From assembly GCA_965224025.1 (NCBI GenBank), contig OZ245033.1, forward strand, positions 2,464,001 to 2,528,000: a DNA stretch of 64,000 nt. The letters are read 5' to 3'. Under the pieces are notes generated by a model. The model saw only the letters and a program-made list of their open reading frames with translations. It ran no database searches and was not told the origin of the DNA. A program made the position numbers and the translations under genes. Numbering within the stretch: position 1 is the first letter of the stretch; the number at the start of each line of letters is the position of its first letter. This document shows, one piece after another, positions 61,244 to 64,000 of the stretch. The stretch comes from Candidatus Multivorans sp. GTDB taxonomy: Bacteria > Acidobacteriota > Thermoanaerobaculia > Multivoradales > Multivoraceae.

Positions 61244-64000
61244 GTGGCCGGCCGAGAGATCGCGGGCATTGCTGTCCTGGTTGTCTCCGGCACTGCCGGA
61301 GCGGAGGAGCTGCGCGTTTCTGGCACGATAGCCGGCGTCTCGGTGTCGGACCCGCCGGTCCGGGTACAACTCGTTCGAGCGCCGACGAGGTATGAGCGGC
61401 TCAAGGGGATAGCAGGCGGTTCGGTTGGACCCCTATACGAAGTCCATTCCGAGGTGCTCTCGAACGACGGTCGGTTCTCGCTGATCGCGACGGAGCTTGG
61501 TGTCTGGAGGGCGCTGGCCGGCCCCGCGACGTCATGGTACGGGGGGCTGTCGATTGTCGGCCCGGAGACCGATCTGGTCCTGTTCAAGGAGGATGAGCGC
61601 TCGCTCGCCGCGTGCCGGCGGTTGCTCCGGGAACCAGCGGTCGCCTGGATTCGGGCAGGAGAGGCTGAACGGTTGGACGGCGAGCGATCGAGCGGTTGGC
61701 AACGGTGGGGCCCGTGGATCCGGTTGGAGCGGGGGCGCGAACAGTCCTACTGGTTCGACGCGAAAGCCAAGCGGGTTCGAGTCACGATCGGCGCCGTGGG
61801 CAGGGATCCGGTTCCCGTCGATTGCCGGGCTGGCGAGCGCGCCGAAGTGAGCCTCGCGGTACTCACTGGGGAACCGCTGGGGCTTCGCTTGGTGCGTAAC
61901 GGCCGACCGCTCGCGGCGGCGGTGTTGGCAAAAGAGAGGACGGTTGGCCCGAATGCCTGACAGACGGGGAAGGTCGGTGCCGCTCCCGGACTGGTTCATA
62001 CTCGGTGGTCTCCGCGGACCGGGCCGACGCGCGCATCGAAGTGGTGCGAGGCGGAGAGGTTGAGGTGCCGCTCGTTCGAGAGGAGCCCGGCTGGGTGGAT
62101 GTAGTCTTGCACGATCGACCGGCGGGCGACTCGGCGCGAGCGAAGGGTCCGTCATCTCTCCGTAGACCTGTACACCTCCGCAGATCTTCGGTTGGTCTCT
62201 CGGTTGTCCACTGGTCCAATGCGAACGAGATCCTGGCGTCCAGCACGGTGACGGCTTCGCCAGACGACTCGAACCAGATGCGCGCCGTGGTTAGGCGGCG
62301 GTTTAGTGCTGCACGTACAACCGTCATGGCGGCAGGATTCGGAGCCGTCTCGGTCGCCTGGCTGGGCGATCGAATCGACGTGAGGAGTGAGTTTCGAACC
62401 GTTCATCTGAGAGCGCTTGTCCAGGTCGAGGGAGAAGTGGTCGACGCGGAAGGACTTGCCTTGGGAAGCGCGGAAGTTGCGGCTTGGGTCCAGGACGACG
62501 GCAGCCTGAGGCGGCGCGCGGTCGTGAGCCGCGACGGTCGATTTCTCGTCGAGGCGCCCTCAGGCGTCAGGCAGGTCGGGTTCAGCGCCCGGGCTCCCGG
62601 ATTCCGCCATGTGTAGAAACTGGTCGAGTCGTCGGTGTTCCCGCTTGTGCTGGAGATGGAGAGAGTCTCCGGCCTGCGGGGCCGGATAGTCTCGCCGTTC
62701 GGTACCGCCCTTTCGGGTGACGCCGCCCTCGTTCGGAGCCGCGGTCAGCCACTGGCGAGCGAATTGATCGGCGCCGTGCGCCAGTGGCGGCGAGCGAGCA
62801 GGACGCCCTGGTCGCGTATGGGCGCGATTGCCACTTCACAGACGACAGTCGACGGGGCGTTCCACTTTGAGGACATGCCGGAGGTGGACGACCTATGGCT
62901 TGCGGTGAGCGCGGAGGGCTACGTGCCCGCTTGGCGGCGGATCGATAGGGCAGCAAGCGCCCACCCGGGCGTGGGCGATCTGCACGTGGGCGATCTGGTC
63001 GTCGAACCCGAGGTTCCATTCCATGGTCTCGTGACATCGGCCGGCGCGCCCCTGGTCGGCGTCAATGTCGGCTATTCGCGTAGTCCGGCGATAGTAGGAC
63101 GGGAAGGGCTTCTCAACGAGTTCAGGCCGATCGCCTCGGTCGAGAGCGACCGACTGGGGCGCTTCTCGATCGGCGGTCTTGCTAGCGGTGGTCTCCTCGA
63201 CATGGTGCTTGACCGGCCTGGTTTCGTCACCCGTGAACTGCGGGGGATCCGGATCGACGCTGCTCCTGGCCAGTCGCTGCTGGAAGTCGCACTCAACCCC
63301 GCCGTCGAGATGACGGTCCGCGTAACGGACCGGGAGTCAGGTGCTCCAGTCAAGCGGGTGAGGACTTCGTACGGCCCCCCAGGCAGGCGGCCTTGGGCTA
63401 TCGAGTCATCCGCTCCAGACGGGTCGGTGACGCTTCAAGGTATACCGGATCGCCCCGGAGTTCTCGTCGTTGAGGCGAGAGGATTCGAGCCAGTGCGATT
63501 GCCGCTGGAGAAGCCGCCGAGGGAGACGCTCGGGATCGAACTCGAAAGGGGCGATTCTCTGCTCCGCGGCGTCGTGGTGAAGTCCGGTTCACCCCTGCCG
63601 GGCGTTCGGATTTCCATTGGCTCGATCCGCGCGGAGACCAATGACCAGGGACGTTTTGAGGTCCGGCTCAGCGCTGGGGAACGGACCATCGTGGTCGCGT
63701 GGCTTTCCCTGGATCCGATCGTCAAGGTGAGCCGACCCCTGGCCACGCGCCCTGGTCTGAACGAGATCGTCCTTGACGCAACGCCAACGGAGATCACCGG
63801 TCGAGTCGAATGGGAGGACGGGCGCCCCGTCGCCGGGGCAAGGGTCGGCGCCGGTGCCGAAAAGGTCCGGTGCGGTTTGGACGGCCACTTCACGTTGCAG
63901 GTGTTTCCGGGCTTGACTGACTTTGCGGCTCACGATTCCGACGGCCGTCTCCTGGCTCGAACGCGGGTCGCGGTGGAGGCGGCGAGCAGGCAACACGTGG
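61244..64000 (+). pseudogene. Large carboxypeptidase-regulatory-like repeat protein, fragmented (runs off the window)
   Basis: Repeated GEVVD..G..L..AEV, SRDGRF, GAPLVGVNV, SDRLGRF, TNDQGRF and GRVEWEDGRPVAGARV, with several stops and frameshifts. Confidence 0.6.

Overview
GC-rich (roughly 68-70% by eye) bacterial window. Gene content suggests Acidobacteriota, probably Thermoanaerobaculia-like (inference): acidobacterial-type VWA proteins, a CRTAC1/TPR pair, carboxypeptidase-regulatory-domain proteins and an Oar-like TonB receptor. Single-base frameshifts, several in homopolymer runs, suggest a long-read assembly. From left to right: manA; molybdenum-cofactor accessory genes (MocA-like, split XdhC); two tandem secreted paralogues; a ~6.1-kb P4-type integrase island (ISL3 remnant, complete IS21, hicBA) bounded by 22-bp direct repeats that contain the RBS and start codon of the target gene; a MoeA-like gene; an M20 amidohydrolase; an MFP plus two RND permeases; a TonB receptor; a tandem array of five VWA paralogues with hypervariable central loops; TPR plus CRTAC1; a Tat-signal ThDP enzyme paired with a cytochrome c; a penicillin acylase; a second TonB receptor; a Rieske-ThDP fusion; map; a CoA transferase; ctaA/ctaB; vapBC; Nudix; an LLM oxidoreductase; an IS remnant; and a decayed Cys-rich peptide plus carboxypeptidase-regulatory-domain locus. 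The most unusual signal is a 68/69-bp double-hairpin element inserted into two unrelated coding sequences (istA and the CRTAC1 gene), with compensatory base changes between the copies. No rRNA, tRNA or CRISPR array was recognised.
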